A stretch of 64,000 nucleotides of DNA from Nitrospirales bacterium. GTDB taxonomy: Bacteria > Nitrospirota > Nitrospiria > Nitrospirales > UBA8639. The stretch spans positions 3,680,001 through 3,744,000 of the forward strand of contig OY820905.2 of NCBI GenBank assembly GCA_963555755.3. Reading direction: 5' to 3'. The notes beneath the pieces are model-generated. The model saw only the letters and a program-made list of their open reading frames with translations. It had not been told where the DNA came from and did no database searches. Positions 51,933 to 62,317 of the stretch are shown here, piece after piece (position 1 is the first letter of the stretch; each line of letters opens with the position of its first letter). A program made the translations under genes and the position numbers.

Positions 51933-52346
51933 ATGTCTAAACCAACGTTTAAAAGAGCTGAGCGGGTGGCGGACCAACTTCGCATTGAGGTGGCTGATAT
52001 TCTTGCCAAAAAATCAAAAGATCCTCGACTTCATTCAGTGACAGTAACTGATGTGGAAGTCACCAAAGATCTTCGAATTGCGCGTGTGTATGTGTCCATA
52101 TTGGGTCCTCAGGATGGCAAACCAAATATCTTAAAAGCCTTAGCCAGTGCTTCAGGGTTTGTTCGGTCGGAATTGGGACGGCGCCTGGAGTTGCGCTACA
52201 CGCCTGAAGTGAAGTTCTGGGCTGACTCGAATGGGCCTCGTGCGGAACGAATCTTGGAAATCCTTGATACGTTGCCTCCCGCAGGCTCAGAAAGTGCCGC
52301 TGACTTAGGTGCTGATTACACGCCTCATTTGCCTGAGGGTCGATAG
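51933..52346 (+). CDS. rbfA: Ribosome-binding factor A
   Basis: RAERVA, KDPRL, DLRIARVYVS, LRYTPE. Confidence 0.95.
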   Translation: MSKPTFKRAERVADQLRIEVADILAKKSKDPRLHSVTVTDVEVTKDLRIARVYVSILGPQDGKPNILKALASASGFVRSELGRRLELRYTPEVKFWADSNGPRAERILEILDTLPPAGSESAADLGADYTPHLPEGR

Positions 52347-52348
52347 AA

Positions 52349-53329
52349 ATGACGAACGAATCGGCGAGTGTTGTGATGTCTCCAGTCCTTGATGGGGTTG
52401 TGAATGTATCCAAACCGGTAGGGTGGACATCTCATGATGTTGTAGAAAAGTTGCGGCGGTCGCTTGGTATCCGCAAAGTGGGACATGCTGGAACCTTGGA
52501 TCCCATGGCAACGGGCGTGCTTCCCATTTTGATAGGAAAGGGCACGAGGTTATCGGAATATTTAGTCGAGTGGGATAAAGAATATGAAGCGGTCATGCGC
52601 TTGGGGCAGGATACAGATACTCAAGACGCGACCGGCGCGGTCATTCAGGAACGGTCTTATGCCGGGATGACCGAAGAATCGATCCGAACTGCAGCAGCGC
52701 AGTTTTTGGGAGCGCTGCAACAGGTGCCCCCGATGTATTCTGCGCTGAAGGTCGAGGGCCAGCCCCTGTACAAATTGGCTAGGGCTGGGAAAACGGTGGA
52801 GCGTGCGCCTCGGCCTATTACAATTTATCAGTTGGAAGTGTTGAAGGTTGAGATTCCAGACGTGTCTTTTCGGGTGACCTGTTCAAAGGGGACCTATATA
52901 CGCACCCTGTGTACTGATATTGGGCAGACTCTGGGTGTGGGAGGGCATTTGCGTCAATTGTGTCGAACGCGAGTTGGGCCGTTTCATATCGAAGATGCCA
53001 TGTCTCCCTTGGAAATCGACCAAGAATTTCTGTCGCATGGACATAATCAAGTCGTGCGGGGGCTTAATGCCGTGCTCAGCCACTTGCCGGAGGTCGTGAT
53101 TGATTCCTCCATGGTAACGCGAGCCTTACATGGAGCGCCGATCCCTCAATCGGCAGTCTCTCGAACGTTTGGGGAACCTTGCAAAGCCGGTCCTGCCCAA
53201 GAAATTCTGCGGGTCAAAGACCCTGCGGGGCAGTTGCTGGGGTTGGGAAAGTTTGCAAAGGATGCTTCCGATCCGTCAGAAATAGGCCTGCCATTGGTAT
53301 TTGTCAAAGTGTTTGGGCAATCAAGCTAA
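52349..53329 (+). CDS. truB: tRNA pseudouridine(55) synthase
   Basis: TSHDVV, GHAGTLDP, PPMYSA, CSKGTYIR. Confidence 0.97.
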   Translation: MTNESASVVMSPVLDGVVNVSKPVGWTSHDVVEKLRRSLGIRKVGHAGTLDPMATGVLPILIGKGTRLSEYLVEWDKEYEAVMRLGQDTDTQDATGAVIQERSYAGMTEESIRTAAAQFLGALQQVPPMYSALKVEGQPLYKLARAGKTVERAPRPITIYQLEVLKVEIPDVSFRVTCSKGTYIRTLCTDIGQTLGVGGHLRQLCRTRVGPFHIEDAMSPLEIDQEFLSHGHNQVVRGLNAVLSHLPEVVIDSSMVTRALHGAPIPQSAVSRTFGEPCKAGPAQEILRVKDPAGQLLGLGKFAKDASDPSEIGLPLVFVKVFGQSS

Positions 53330-53384
53330 TTTGTGATTTGCCTATATAGGCATTCGAATAATTTTCAGTAGGGAGGGGTGAAAT

Positions 53385-53654
53385 ATGGGGCTCGGAGTTG
53401 CAGTGAAAACCGATATCGTCAAGCAGCATCAACATCATGATAAGGATACGGGTTCTTCAGAGGTGCAGATTGCCTTGTTGACCAACCGCATCAATTATTT
53501 AACTGAACATTTTCGGACTCATAAAAAGGACCATCATTCACGGCATGGATTGTTGCGAATGGTGAGTCGGCGGCGACGGCTATTGAGTTACCTGCATCGT
53601 GTGGATGCGGCAAGCTATCGATCGCTGTTAGGCACGTTAGGACTGAGAAAATAA
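53385..53654 (+). CDS. rpsO: 30S ribosomal protein S15
   Basis: [21 protein letters not shown]. Confidence 0.98.
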   Translation: MGLGVAVKTDIVKQHQHHDKDTGSSEVQIALLTNRINYLTEHFRTHKKDHHSRHGLLRMVSRRRRLLSYLHRVDAASYRSLLGTLGLRK

Positions 53655-53675
53655 AAGACTATTTGGAAAAGCCTG

Positions 53676-53854
53676 GGACCTGAGAGAAAATACCTTGGAC
53701 AATATCGCGCCAAGATTTGGGTTGGATTTGGACGGAACGATTGAGAAACACCCGAGGCATAGCACAGCTATGTTGAGGGTGTTTCGATTGAGGCCCGTTC
53801 AAAGATGGCCCGAAGATTGGATGCGAGATGTCCAAGTTATTTTCTCTCAGGTCC
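53676..53854. mobile_element. MITE family F
   Basis: TIRs, CTG TSD; lies between rpsO and pnp. Confidence 0.88.
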
Positions 53855-53881
53855 CTGGTGGGTGAGGAAGGAGAGAATTTC

Positions 53882-55984
53882 ATGGTGCATTCTGTTGAAT
53901 TGGAAGTCGCCGGTCGTACGTTGAGGCTCGAAACAGGCCATATGGCCAAGCAAGCGGATGGATCCATCCTTGCCACCTATGGTGACACGGTGGTGTTAGC
54001 TACCGCGGTAGCCTCAAGGAAGGTAAAACCCGACTCGGATTTTCTCCCCTTAACCGTCAATTATCAGGAAAAAGCCTATTCCGCTGGAAAAATTCCAGGA
54101 GGATTTTTTAAGCGAGAGGGCGCACCGTCGGAAAAAGAAACTCTGACGAGTCGATTAATTGATCGTCCGATCCGTCCTCTGTTTCCTAAGGGATATTTTT
54201 ATGAAACTCAGGTTGTGGTGTCCGTCTTATCCGTGGATCAAACAATGATATCGGATACCATGGGCATTACCGCTGGATCTGCGGCGTTGGCGATTTCCGA
54301 CATTCCATTTAACGGTCCACTTGCTGGAATACGAATTGGCCGGGTTGACGGGAACTTTGTAGTCAATCCCGACATACACATGCTGGCCAAGAGTGAATTG
54401 GACTTGGTCGTGGCTGGCACGGCGGAGGCCATCATGATGGTCGAGGCGGGAGCGGGTGGATTGTCCGAGGCCGTGATGCTTGAAGCCCTGGAACTCGCGC
54501 ATGGGGAAATTAAAAAAATTGTCGCGAAGGTCAATGAACTGAGAGAAAAAGTGGGGCGTCAGAAACGAGTACTTGAAGTGGAAACGGTGAGTGAAGAACT
54601 TCGAGCCCAAGTGAAACAACTGGCCTCCGCTCCCATTCGAGAAGCCGTATTCATTCCGAACAAAGCCGAACGCCAAGAACGATTAGATGAGATTTTGCAA
54701 GAAGCGATCGAAAAGCTCGGTGGGGAAGATTCTACATGCCATCGGCACATTAAAGACATGTACCATGACCTAGAATATGATGAAGTCCGGGATTTAATCT
54801 TGGAGAAAAAAGTCCGAGCCGATGGACGAGGGCCTACGGATATTCGCCCGATCACTTGTGAAACGGGGCTATTGCCACGCACCCATGGTTCTGCCCTGTT
54901 TACCCGAGGTGAGACCCAAGCTCTTGCGGTCGTGACCTTAGGCACCTCTGATGATGAGCAGCGTATTGATGCCCTCGAAGGGGAATATTTTCGAACATTT
55001 TTACTCCACTACAATTTTCCGCCTTTTTGTGTTGGGGAGGCCAGACCCATGCGAGGGCCAGGCCGTCGAGAAATCGGGCATGGAAAACTAGCCCTACGTG
55101 CACTCACATCCGTCATGCCAACCCGTGATGAGTTTCCGTATACCATCAGGCTGGTGTCGGATATTTTGGAATCGAATGGTTCATCATCGATGGCCACGGT
55201 GTGTGGGGGGTCCTTGGCCCTGATGGATGCCGGGGTGCCGATTAAAGAACCGGTTGCTGGAATTGCGATGGGTCTCATTAAAGAAGGAGACCGAGTCATC
55301 ATTCTCTCGGATATCTTGGGGCTAGAAGACCATCTTGGCGATATGGACTTTAAGGTCACTGGCACCAAAAATGGCGTGACGGCTTTGCAAATGGATATTA
55401 AAATTGGAGGCATCAACACGGAGTTGATGCGGCAAGCACTAGAGCAGGCGCGTGCTGGACGGTTGCACATTCTAGAGCGAATGAATGAAGCCTTGGCAGC
55501 TCCACGGCCTGATCTTGCGGCCTATGCCCCAAGAATTTTCACCATTCAAATTAAGCAGGATAAGATCAGAGACATCATTGGCCCGGGTGGCAAGATCATC
55601 AGAGGAATCATCGCTGAATGTGGCGTGAAAATGAATGTCGATGATTCTGGACTGGTGACTATTGCCGCTGTGGACGGAGATTCTGCCAATAAGGCCATCC
55701 AAATGGTGGAACAGTTAACGGAGGAGGTTGAGATTGGGAAGCTCTACCTCGGGACCGTCAGAAAAATTGTCGATTTTGGTGCGTTTGTCGAAATTCTTCC
55801 CAATGTCGATGGCCTCGTGCATATTTCCCAGCTGGCCCACCATCGTGTGAATGCGGTGTCTGATGAGCTTTCCGAAGGAGAGAAAATCATGGTTAAGGTG
55901 ATGGAAATTGACAGGCAAGGGAAGATTCGGTTGAGTCGGAAAGAGGCCTTAGCCGAATCCGAAGTCCCAACGGGCGAATCGTAA
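53882..55984 (+). CDS. pnp: Polyribonucleotide nucleotidyltransferase
   Basis: RLIDRPIRPLF, FTRGETQ, GDMDFKV, KH and S1 domains. Confidence 0.98.
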   Translation: MVHSVELEVAGRTLRLETGHMAKQADGSILATYGDTVVLATAVASRKVKPDSDFLPLTVNYQEKAYSAGKIPGGFFKREGAPSEKETLTSRLIDRPIRPLFPKGYFYETQVVVSVLSVDQTMISDTMGITAGSAALAISDIPFNGPLAGIRIGRVDGNFVVNPDIHMLAKSELDLVVAGTAEAIMMVEAGAGGLSEAVMLEALELAHGEIKKIVAKVNELREKVGRQKRVLEVETVSEELRAQVKQLASAPIREAVFIPNKAERQERLDEILQEAIEKLGGEDSTCHRHIKDMYHDLEYDEVRDLILEKKVRADGRGPTDIRPITCETGLLPRTHGSALFTRGETQALAVVTLGTSDDEQRIDALEGEYFRTFLLHYNFPPFCVGEARPMRGPGRREIGHGKLALRALTSVMPTRDEFPYTIRLVSDILESNGSSSMATVCGGSLALMDAGVPIKEPVAGIAMGLIKEGDRVIILSDILGLEDHLGDMDFKVTGTKNGVTALQMDIKIGGINTELMRQALEQARAGRLHILERMNEALAAPRPDLAAYAPRIFTIQIKQDKIRDIIGPGGKIIRGIIAECGVKMNVDDSGLVTIAAVDGDSANKAIQMVEQLTEEVEIGKLYLGTVRKIVDFGAFVEILPNVDGLVHISQLAHHRVNAVSDELSEGEKIMVKVMEIDRQGKIRLSRKEALAESEVPTGES

Positions 55985-56031
55985 ACTTTTTTTGAGTCGC
56001 TAGTAGCTCAAAACGGGTAGCTTTTTCTTTA

Positions 56032-56192
56032 GGGCACCTCTACAAACCAGGCATTTTGGTGAGGGCCCAGGCATTTTTTGTGAGGGCAAGGAAGCCGCGC
56101 GCGGAAAACCGGAGTGTATGGGCGAATACATGAAGATTTGAGCACGCGGCTGACGCCGCCATCACGGAAAAGGACGGTTTTTAAAGGTGCCC
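56032..56192. mobile_element. MITE family B with an internal 20-bp duplication
   Basis: CCAGGCATTTT..GTGAGGGC duplicated. Confidence 0.85.
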
Positions 56193-56329
56193 TTGAGTGT
56201 ATTTTAAGCACCTGCCGCTCTTGAACAGGTTGTATTTCTTGCCCAATGGTTTTCCATCATCATGGAAAGCTGAGTTCAGAACAAACCAGTTGGTCATGAT
56301 CACGGCAAATCGTTCAGGTTCAATCCTTA

Positions 56330-56486
56330 GGGCTCGCGCAGGAATAACTTCCCCTGTTTGGCCGTCGATCCATCCCGTCTGGCGGCGTTGCTCGTCCTTT
56401 CCATACGAGGAGTATGCGCAGTCCTCGCGCCTTGCCAGACAGGTGTCTCAACACCCAAACAGGGGAAGTTATTCCTGCGCGAACCC
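56330..56486. mobile_element. MITE family A (reverse)
   Basis: TTA TSD. Confidence 0.9.
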
Positions 56487-56559
56487 TTAACAGCGAAGAG
56501 TTCATCTTCGTCCATGCGGGTAAAGATAGTGAGCCATTTTCGTAAAGGCAATAAGCGTC

Positions 56560-57810
56560 ATGCGTAAAGTAGTGCTGGATAATGGTGTTCGGGTGGTTAT
56601 GGAGCGGATGTCGTCGTTGAAGTCCGTGGCCATCGGGATATGGATTAACGTTGGCACTCGTGATGAAAGCAAGGGGCAGGAGGGTCTGTCTCACTTTTTA
56701 GAGCACATGATGTTTAAAGGAACTAGGCGAAGGTCGGCATCCAAAATTTCCCAAGAGATTGATAACCTGGGCGGGGAGATGAATGCGTTTACCACGCATG
56801 AGTCCACCGTGTTTTATGTCAAAGTTTTAGATCAGCAGATTGATCAGGCCGTCGATTTGTTAGCGGACTTGTTTCATCACTCCCGTTTTGCCCCACCCGA
56901 AATTGAACGAGAAAAACAAGTCGTGCTTGAGGAAATCCGGACGGTGCGCGATGACCCTGAGGATTTTGTTCAAGAACTTCATGCCCACCACGTCATGCGA
57001 AGCCATCCCCTGGGCCGCTCCATTTTGGGTAATTCTTCCACGATGGAAGGCATAGGACGAAGGGACATCCTTGATTATGTGGATGAGCAATATCATCCCG
57101 AGAAGCTAGTCGTTTCCGTCGCAGGGAATTTCAACGAAAAAACGTTGCTGCCTCTCTTAAATCGCTCATTTGGAAAGTGGAGACCTTCTCGATCAAAACA
57201 TTGCAGCCTTGATTCTCGAAAACCGCCCAAGCTGTACATCGGGACTTTTGTGCATCCTAAACGATTGGAACAAGTCCATGTCTGTTTAGGTTTGCCTGGT
57301 ATTCCCGTGAACCATCCGACCCGGTATGCCGCTCATATTCTGAATGCGTTGTTTGGAGGGGGCGTGAGCTCTCGGCTCTTCCAGGAGGTCAGGGAAAAAC
57401 GGGGGCTGGCCTATACCATTTATTCGCAACTTTCTAGTTATTCTGATGCGGGGACGCTGACTATCTATGCCGCAACCGGCTCGAAAGAAGCATCCAAATT
57501 GGTTGATGTCGTGCGACGGGAAGTCCGAAAGCTTCGAAATCGAGGACCGGCAGTGCAGGAATTAATCCGCACAAAAAATCAGTTAAAAGGGACACTCATG
57601 CTTGGCCTGGAAGGCACGTACGGTCGAATGAATAAATTAGCCAAGGATGAAATTTGTCAAGGCCGCTACGTGTCTTTAAATGAAATGCTTTCCGAGATTG
57701 ACAAAATCTCAAAAGATCAGGTCCAGATTGTGGCTCAAGATCTCTTAAATATTGAGAAAATGACGGTGACAGCCTTGGGCCCCGTGCCCAAGACCGCGTT
57801 TTCCGCTTAA
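56560..57810 (+). CDS. M16 family zinc peptidase
   Basis: HFLEHMMFKGT, NAFT, SSRLFQEVREKRGLAY. Confidence 0.95.
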   Translation: MRKVVLDNGVRVVMERMSSLKSVAIGIWINVGTRDESKGQEGLSHFLEHMMFKGTRRRSASKISQEIDNLGGEMNAFTTHESTVFYVKVLDQQIDQAVDLLADLFHHSRFAPPEIEREKQVVLEEIRTVRDDPEDFVQELHAHHVMRSHPLGRSILGNSSTMEGIGRRDILDYVDEQYHPEKLVVSVAGNFNEKTLLPLLNRSFGKWRPSRSKHCSLDSRKPPKLYIGTFVHPKRLEQVHVCLGLPGIPVNHPTRYAAHILNALFGGGVSSRLFQEVREKRGLAYTIYSQLSSYSDAGTLTIYAATGSKEASKLVDVVRREVRKLRNRGPAVQELIRTKNQLKGTLMLGLEGTYGRMNKLAKDEICQGRYVSLNEMLSEIDKISKDQVQIVAQDLLNIEKMTVTALGPVPKTAFSA

Positions 57811-57858
57811 TCGGCCTCCCTGGGCCAAAAATATGGTGTAATTTGACAAAAAAGGCTC

Positions 57859-57887
57859 TTGACAACCTTGAGCCAGATGAGTAGCAT
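57859..57887 (+). promoter_or_regulatory. Putative sigma70 promoter
   Basis: TTGACA-N17-TAGCAT. Confidence 0.55.
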
Positions 57888-58088
57888 GTGCCACTTGAAA
57901 TTAAGTGTTAAAAAGAACGCCTCATACTGATGTTTTGAAGTTGTAGGGTGCCGTGAGTGGAAAGGAGGTGGGCTCCCTTAATTTTCAAAAAAGGAAAACA
58001 GACGTTGCAATTGGAACCGGTGTTAGTTACAAAGTTAACTGTTGGTCTTTTCATTTTCATTATGTCATTCTAAGAAAAGGGGGGGGAA

Positions 58089-58646
58089 ATGAAGAAGTCA
58101 TTATTCCGTGGAGGAGTTGTTGCGCTCTTTGCCATCGGTCTGATTTTTGGGTTCCTTGGCACGGTGGAGGCCAAAAAAAAGAGCATCTTTGGTCCCTGCT
58201 CGACCAGTAAGAAATGCCAGGAGAAACCAATCGCCCTAGCTACCATTGGGGGCATGACCCTTGGCGGGAAAATAGCGACTAGTTTAAAGGGACGAGTGTA
58301 CAGTCATTGGGCCGACAATCCCAATGGGGAAATCCTCTTTGGTATTCAATATTGGAATACCAGTGAACCCGCTGAAACTGGTGATCCTCTTGGTCGCGCC
58401 TCTGACGATCGCAATGTGGCCATTCCTGATCCGTTGTTTGTGTGTTGCGCATGGGGCTTCCAGGGTGGTGAAGAAAAAAATGGTCCGTATGCTGGATGGT
58501 ACAACCCGCAAACGACTGTTCGTCTTCGCGTTAAGGATTCAGGATTGATGAAACAATTGACCGCTGCTTCACAAAAACTTGTGGCCATGGAAGTTCAACT
58601 GTCTGGTGGAAATACCATCACAAGTTTTAAGATTCTGGGTGATTAA
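58089..58646 (+). CDS. Exported protein of unknown function
   Basis: Signal peptide ending VEA, strong RBS, Cys motifs C-x5-C and CC. Confidence 0.85.
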   Translation: MKKSLFRGGVVALFAIGLIFGFLGTVEAKKKSIFGPCSTSKKCQEKPIALATIGGMTLGGKIATSLKGRVYSHWADNPNGEILFGIQYWNTSEPAETGDPLGRASDDRNVAIPDPLFVCCAWGFQGGEEKNGPYAGWYNPQTTVRLRVKDSGLMKQLTAASQKLVAMEVQLSGGNTITSFKILGD

Positions 58647-58711
58647 GTTAGAAAACTAAAATTTATTAAGAAAAACACAAGTCTTTATCATTTACAGAGG
58701 AGGAGGGGATT

Positions 58712-59371
58712 ATGAAAGTTCGTACAACCGGGTTGGCAGTTTTAGCTGCCATTGCCTTGGTAAGCGGAATGGCCTCCAGTGCTTTTGCCATTGAAGCATT
58801 CCAAGAAAGGTTTGAATGGGGCGATCTCAGCAAGCCAACCACGCTTCATGCTCGAGTTGCGGTCACCGATCCTTACGACAAAGCAGCCTGGGTGAATGTG
58901 GCTGTGTTCGGCGGAAATGCGGAAAGTGGGTATTACTGGCAAAAGTATTTCCCTGGCAAAAACCTTAAAGTGTATGCTGGAAACGATGCCGTTTGGAGTA
59001 AATTACAAGCGCTCGGAAAAAGTTCTCACAGCCAAGCAGTGATGAGCGGGACCCAAGCGTCAAAGTACACACTCGTGGAATTGACAATACAAGAGACTGA
59101 ACAAAATTATCGTGTGGTATCGGCTATTAAAGAAATCTCGGAAGTTGCCGGTACGCCATCAAACCCACGAAGCATTCATAGCCTTCGTGGCGTTAACGAA
59201 GCCCAGACAATTGAGAATGAGGGTTGGTCAGGCAACAGACGGATGAGGTATGATGTGATGATTCCTGGGGTAGGCGGGGTTATAGGGGTCATTCCCAATT
59301 CCGACCAGAGCGCGCACATGTCCAAGCGCACCAAGAACGACGATGGGTTTGGTCACGAATACCTGAAATAG
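58712..59371 (+). CDS. Exported protein of unknown function
   Basis: Signal peptide ending AFA, RBS GGAGGAGG. Confidence 0.85.
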   Translation: MKVRTTGLAVLAAIALVSGMASSAFAIEAFQERFEWGDLSKPTTLHARVAVTDPYDKAAWVNVAVFGGNAESGYYWQKYFPGKNLKVYAGNDAVWSKLQALGKSSHSQAVMSGTQASKYTLVELTIQETEQNYRVVSAIKEISEVAGTPSNPRSIHSLRGVNEAQTIENEGWSGNRRMRYDVMIPGVGGVIGVIPNSDQSAHMSKRTKNDDGFGHEYLK

Positions 59372-59412
59372 ATATAATAAGTAAGATAAACCTCAAAGGT
59401 TTGTGATTATTC

Positions 59413-59452
59413 AAAAGGCGGGGCTCGAATCACCGAGCCCCGCCTTTTTTTT
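59413..59452. terminator. Bidirectional intrinsic terminator
   Basis: AAAAGGCGGGGCTCG / CGAGCCCCGCCTTTT between convergent genes. Confidence 0.9.
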
Positions 59453-62087
59453 ATTCAGAATCCAGGCGACGTTGAAGGTCGGCTAAACGATTGAGGGCTT
59501 CCAGCGGGGTCATGGAAAACAGATCCATCTGTTTCATTTCTTCAATTATTGGGTGCGGGGATGGCAAGCTATCCTCTAATTCATTGTCGTTTTTTTTGGT
59601 ATTGTGGTGAGATCCATCGGACTGTTCTAACTGAGATAACACTTCTTCCGCGCGTTTGAGAATTTGCAAGGGGATTCCTGCAAGCTGTGCTACGTGAATC
59701 CCGTAACTTCGATCAGCCCTCCCTGGTATAATCTTTCTTAAGAAAACAATAGTATCCTTTAATTCCTTCACGGCCATAGTGTAGTTTTTTATTCCACTGC
59801 GGTGATTCTCCAGATCTGTCATCTCGTGATAATGGGTCGCAAACAATGTCCGTGCTCCCAAGACCCCACGATCCTGAATGTATTCGGCTATTGACCAGGC
59901 GAGACTCAGGCCATCATATGTACTAGTACCACGTCCAATTTCATCCAGAAGAATTAAACTACGGTTTGTTGAGGCACCAAGGATTCTCGCGGTTTCAGCC
60001 ATTTCCACCATAAAGGTGCTTTGGCCGCCAGCAAGATTATCTGATGCACCGACTCTTGTAAAAATACGATCTACAAGCCCTATTTTTGCCTCTGAAGCAG
60101 GAACGAAACATCCGATGTGGGCGAGTAACACAATGAGTCCCGTTTGGCGAAGAAAAGTACTTTTCCCAGCCATATTGGGTCCGGTTATGAGCAAGAGCCG
60201 GTTTTCCTCAAGGTCCAATAACGCGTCATTTGCAATAAAGCCATCGGGCAGGAGAAGTTGTTCGAGAACCGGGTGGCGTCCATCCTGTATATGAATCACC
60301 CCTCCCTCGTGAAGTTCCGGTCGGGAGTAACGTTGTTTAGATGAAATTTCAGCAAAGTTTACTATAACATCGAGAATGCCCAACCGTCTGGCGATTCGCT
60401 GTATTCTTATAGTTTCCTGCCCGATTTTCTGACGAATTGTTTGAAACAATTCCTGTTCCAAATTCCGTAATTGGAGACTGGCTCCGGTCATGTGTTCTTC
60501 CAGGTTTCGTAATGCATCGCTCGTGAACCGTTCAGCATTGGCCAAGGTTTGCTTTCGGGTGAAGTGGGCCGGTACACGAGGAAGATTTGGTTTGGTCACT
60601 TCAAAATAGTAACCAAAGACCTGGTTATATTTTATCTTGAGGGAATCAATTCCTGACTGGCGGCGCTCCTGCTGTTCAAGATCCGTTATCCATCGGCTTC
60701 CATCTCTGGTGATCCGTCGAAGTTCATCAATCTGTTCGTTGTAGGAATCTTGAATAATACCACCCTCTTTGATGGATAGGGGAGCATCGGGCGAGATTGC
60801 TTGTTCGATAAAAACACCCATGTCTTCGAGATTGTCCCAGTCCTGAAGTAACCCTTTTAATAAGTGGCACTGAAAGGGAGTCAGAAGTTGGGAGATTTGA
60901 GCCAGCATTGAGAGTGCTTCTTGTAAATGAAGAAGATCTCGCGGGGTTGCCGATTCCATGGCTATCCGACTACTGATTCGTTCAAGATCGGGAATATTTT
61001 TTAAGGTGTGCCGTAACTCCAATCGAAGTTTGACTTCTTTTGTGATTTCCGTGACAGCATCCAGCCGTTCATTTATGGCGTGAACTTCTACGAGAGGGCG
61101 CACCAGCCATTGTCGCAGTAAGCGGCTTCCCATAGCCGTGACCGTGTGATCCAAAACCGAAAGAACGGTGGCATTTTTTTGATCGGGAGAAAGGGGGGTG
61201 AGAATTTCTAAATTTCGAAGGGTCATGGCATCCATGTGCATTTCGCGTGTTGCATGCCGGATTTGCGGTCGTTGAATGTGATGGTGCTGCAATAGTGGTT
61301 GGGTTCGATGCACATAGCGCAGAACCATGGCGGCTGCCTGGACAGACCCTATCGAACGATCGAGGCCTAAATCCTGTAGTCCTGAAACCTGAAATTGCTT
61401 GAGAAGAAGGTGTTGGGCTTCGTCGAAATCAGATCCCGTTTGGTCATCCGCTTTGACACAAGGAATTTTCAGGGCGGCAATGGCTGTTTGAAGTTTTGGT
61501 AAAGAACCTTGGGACTGGGAAGAGCTGGATGGAAGAATTAATTCTTGTGGGGCCGTACGAATTAATTCATCAAGCAGGTCATCTTGGGCATGGGGACCAC
61601 AAAACTCCGCAAGAAAAAATTCCCCAGTAGAAAGATCAACCGAGGCCAGACCAAAGTGAAGAGCGGCCCCTTCCCCAGACATCTCGCAAGCTATGGCGGT
61701 CAAAAAGTTTGATTCTTTGGCATCGAGCAGGTCTGCATCAAATAAGGTTCCAGGTGTATAGACTCTGACCACTTCCCGTCGAACTAACCCCTTGGCCATT
61801 TTCGGATCTTCGACTTGTTCGCAAAGCGCGACGGTTTTCCCGGATTTCAGAAGTTTTGAAATGTAATTGGAAGAAGCATGGTGGGGAATCCCGCACAGGG
61901 GTACAGGATTCGGATTATTTTTATCTCGTGAAGTGAGGGCAATATTGAGAATGCTGGAAGCCTCTTCCGCATCTTCAAAGAACATTTCATAGAAATCCCC
62001 CACGCGAAAAAATACGATGGCCTCCTGATGGGCATTTTTAATTTCTCGATATTGCCGCATCAAGGGTGTGAGTTCAGGATCGCTCAT
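59451..62087 (-). CDS. mutS: DNA mismatch repair protein MutS
   Basis: TPLMRQY, GDFYEMF, TGPNMAGKST, DEIGRGTS, SYGIHVA. Confidence 0.98.
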   Translation of the reverse strand: MSDPELTPLMRQYREIKNAHQEAIVFFRVGDFYEMFFEDAEEASSILNIALTSRDKNNPNPVPLCGIPHHASSNYISKLLKSGKTVALCEQVEDPKMAKGLVRREVVRVYTPGTLFDADLLDAKESNFLTAIACEMSGEGAALHFGLASVDLSTGEFFLAEFCGPHAQDDLLDELIRTAPQELILPSSSSQSQGSLPKLQTAIAALKIPCVKADDQTGSDFDEAQHLLLKQFQVSGLQDLGLDRSIGSVQAAAMVLRYVHRTQPLLQHHHIQRPQIRHATREMHMDAMTLRNLEILTPLSPDQKNATVLSVLDHTVTAMGSRLLRQWLVRPLVEVHAINERLDAVTEITKEVKLRLELRHTLKNIPDLERISSRIAMESATPRDLLHLQEALSMLAQISQLLTPFQCHLLKGLLQDWDNLEDMGVFIEQAISPDAPLSIKEGGIIQDSYNEQIDELRRITRDGSRWITDLEQQERRQSGIDSLKIKYNQVFGYYFEVTKPNLPRVPAHFTRKQTLANAERFTSDALRNLEEHMTGASLQLRNLEQELFQTIRQKIGQETIRIQRIARRLGILDVIVNFAEISSKQRYSRPELHEGGVIHIQDGRHPVLEQLLLPDGFIANDALLDLEENRLLLITGPNMAGKSTFLRQTGLIVLLAHIGCFVPASEAKIGLVDRIFTRVGASDNLAGGQSTFMVEMAETARILGASTNRSLILLDEIGRGTSTYDGLSLAWSIAEYIQDRGVLGARTLFATHYHEMTDLENHRSGIKNYTMAVKELKDTIVFLRKIIPGRADRSYGIHVAQLAGIPLQILKRAEEVLSQLEQSDGSHHNTKKNDNELEDSLPSPHPIIEEMKQMDLFSMTPLEALNRLADLQRRLDSE

Positions 62088-62155
62088 TGTGAGAACGCGC
62101 TCTTTTCGTGATCAAAAGATTGTGGTATCAAAAAACTGAATTCCCGCTTCAGCTA

Positions 62156-62317
62156 GGAGCCTGTCCGAGATGAGCGATCGTTACGAGGATGTGCTGGTTT
62201 GAGTCAGATGTTTCGATCGTTTGAGGCGAATAGTGGGACTATTCAACGAAAAGGATCGGAAGATCTGGCCAAATCCAGCACATTCGTAGTAGATCAGTCT
62301 AATCTTGGACAGGCTCC
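62156..62317. mobile_element. MITE family H (162 bp)
   Basis: TIR GGAGCCTGTCC(G/A)AGAT, TA TSD in a CTAG context. Confidence 0.85.

Noticed and set aside
58011..58027. Sigma54 promoter TGGAAC-N5-TTAG
   Set aside because: The -12 element lacks the invariant GC.
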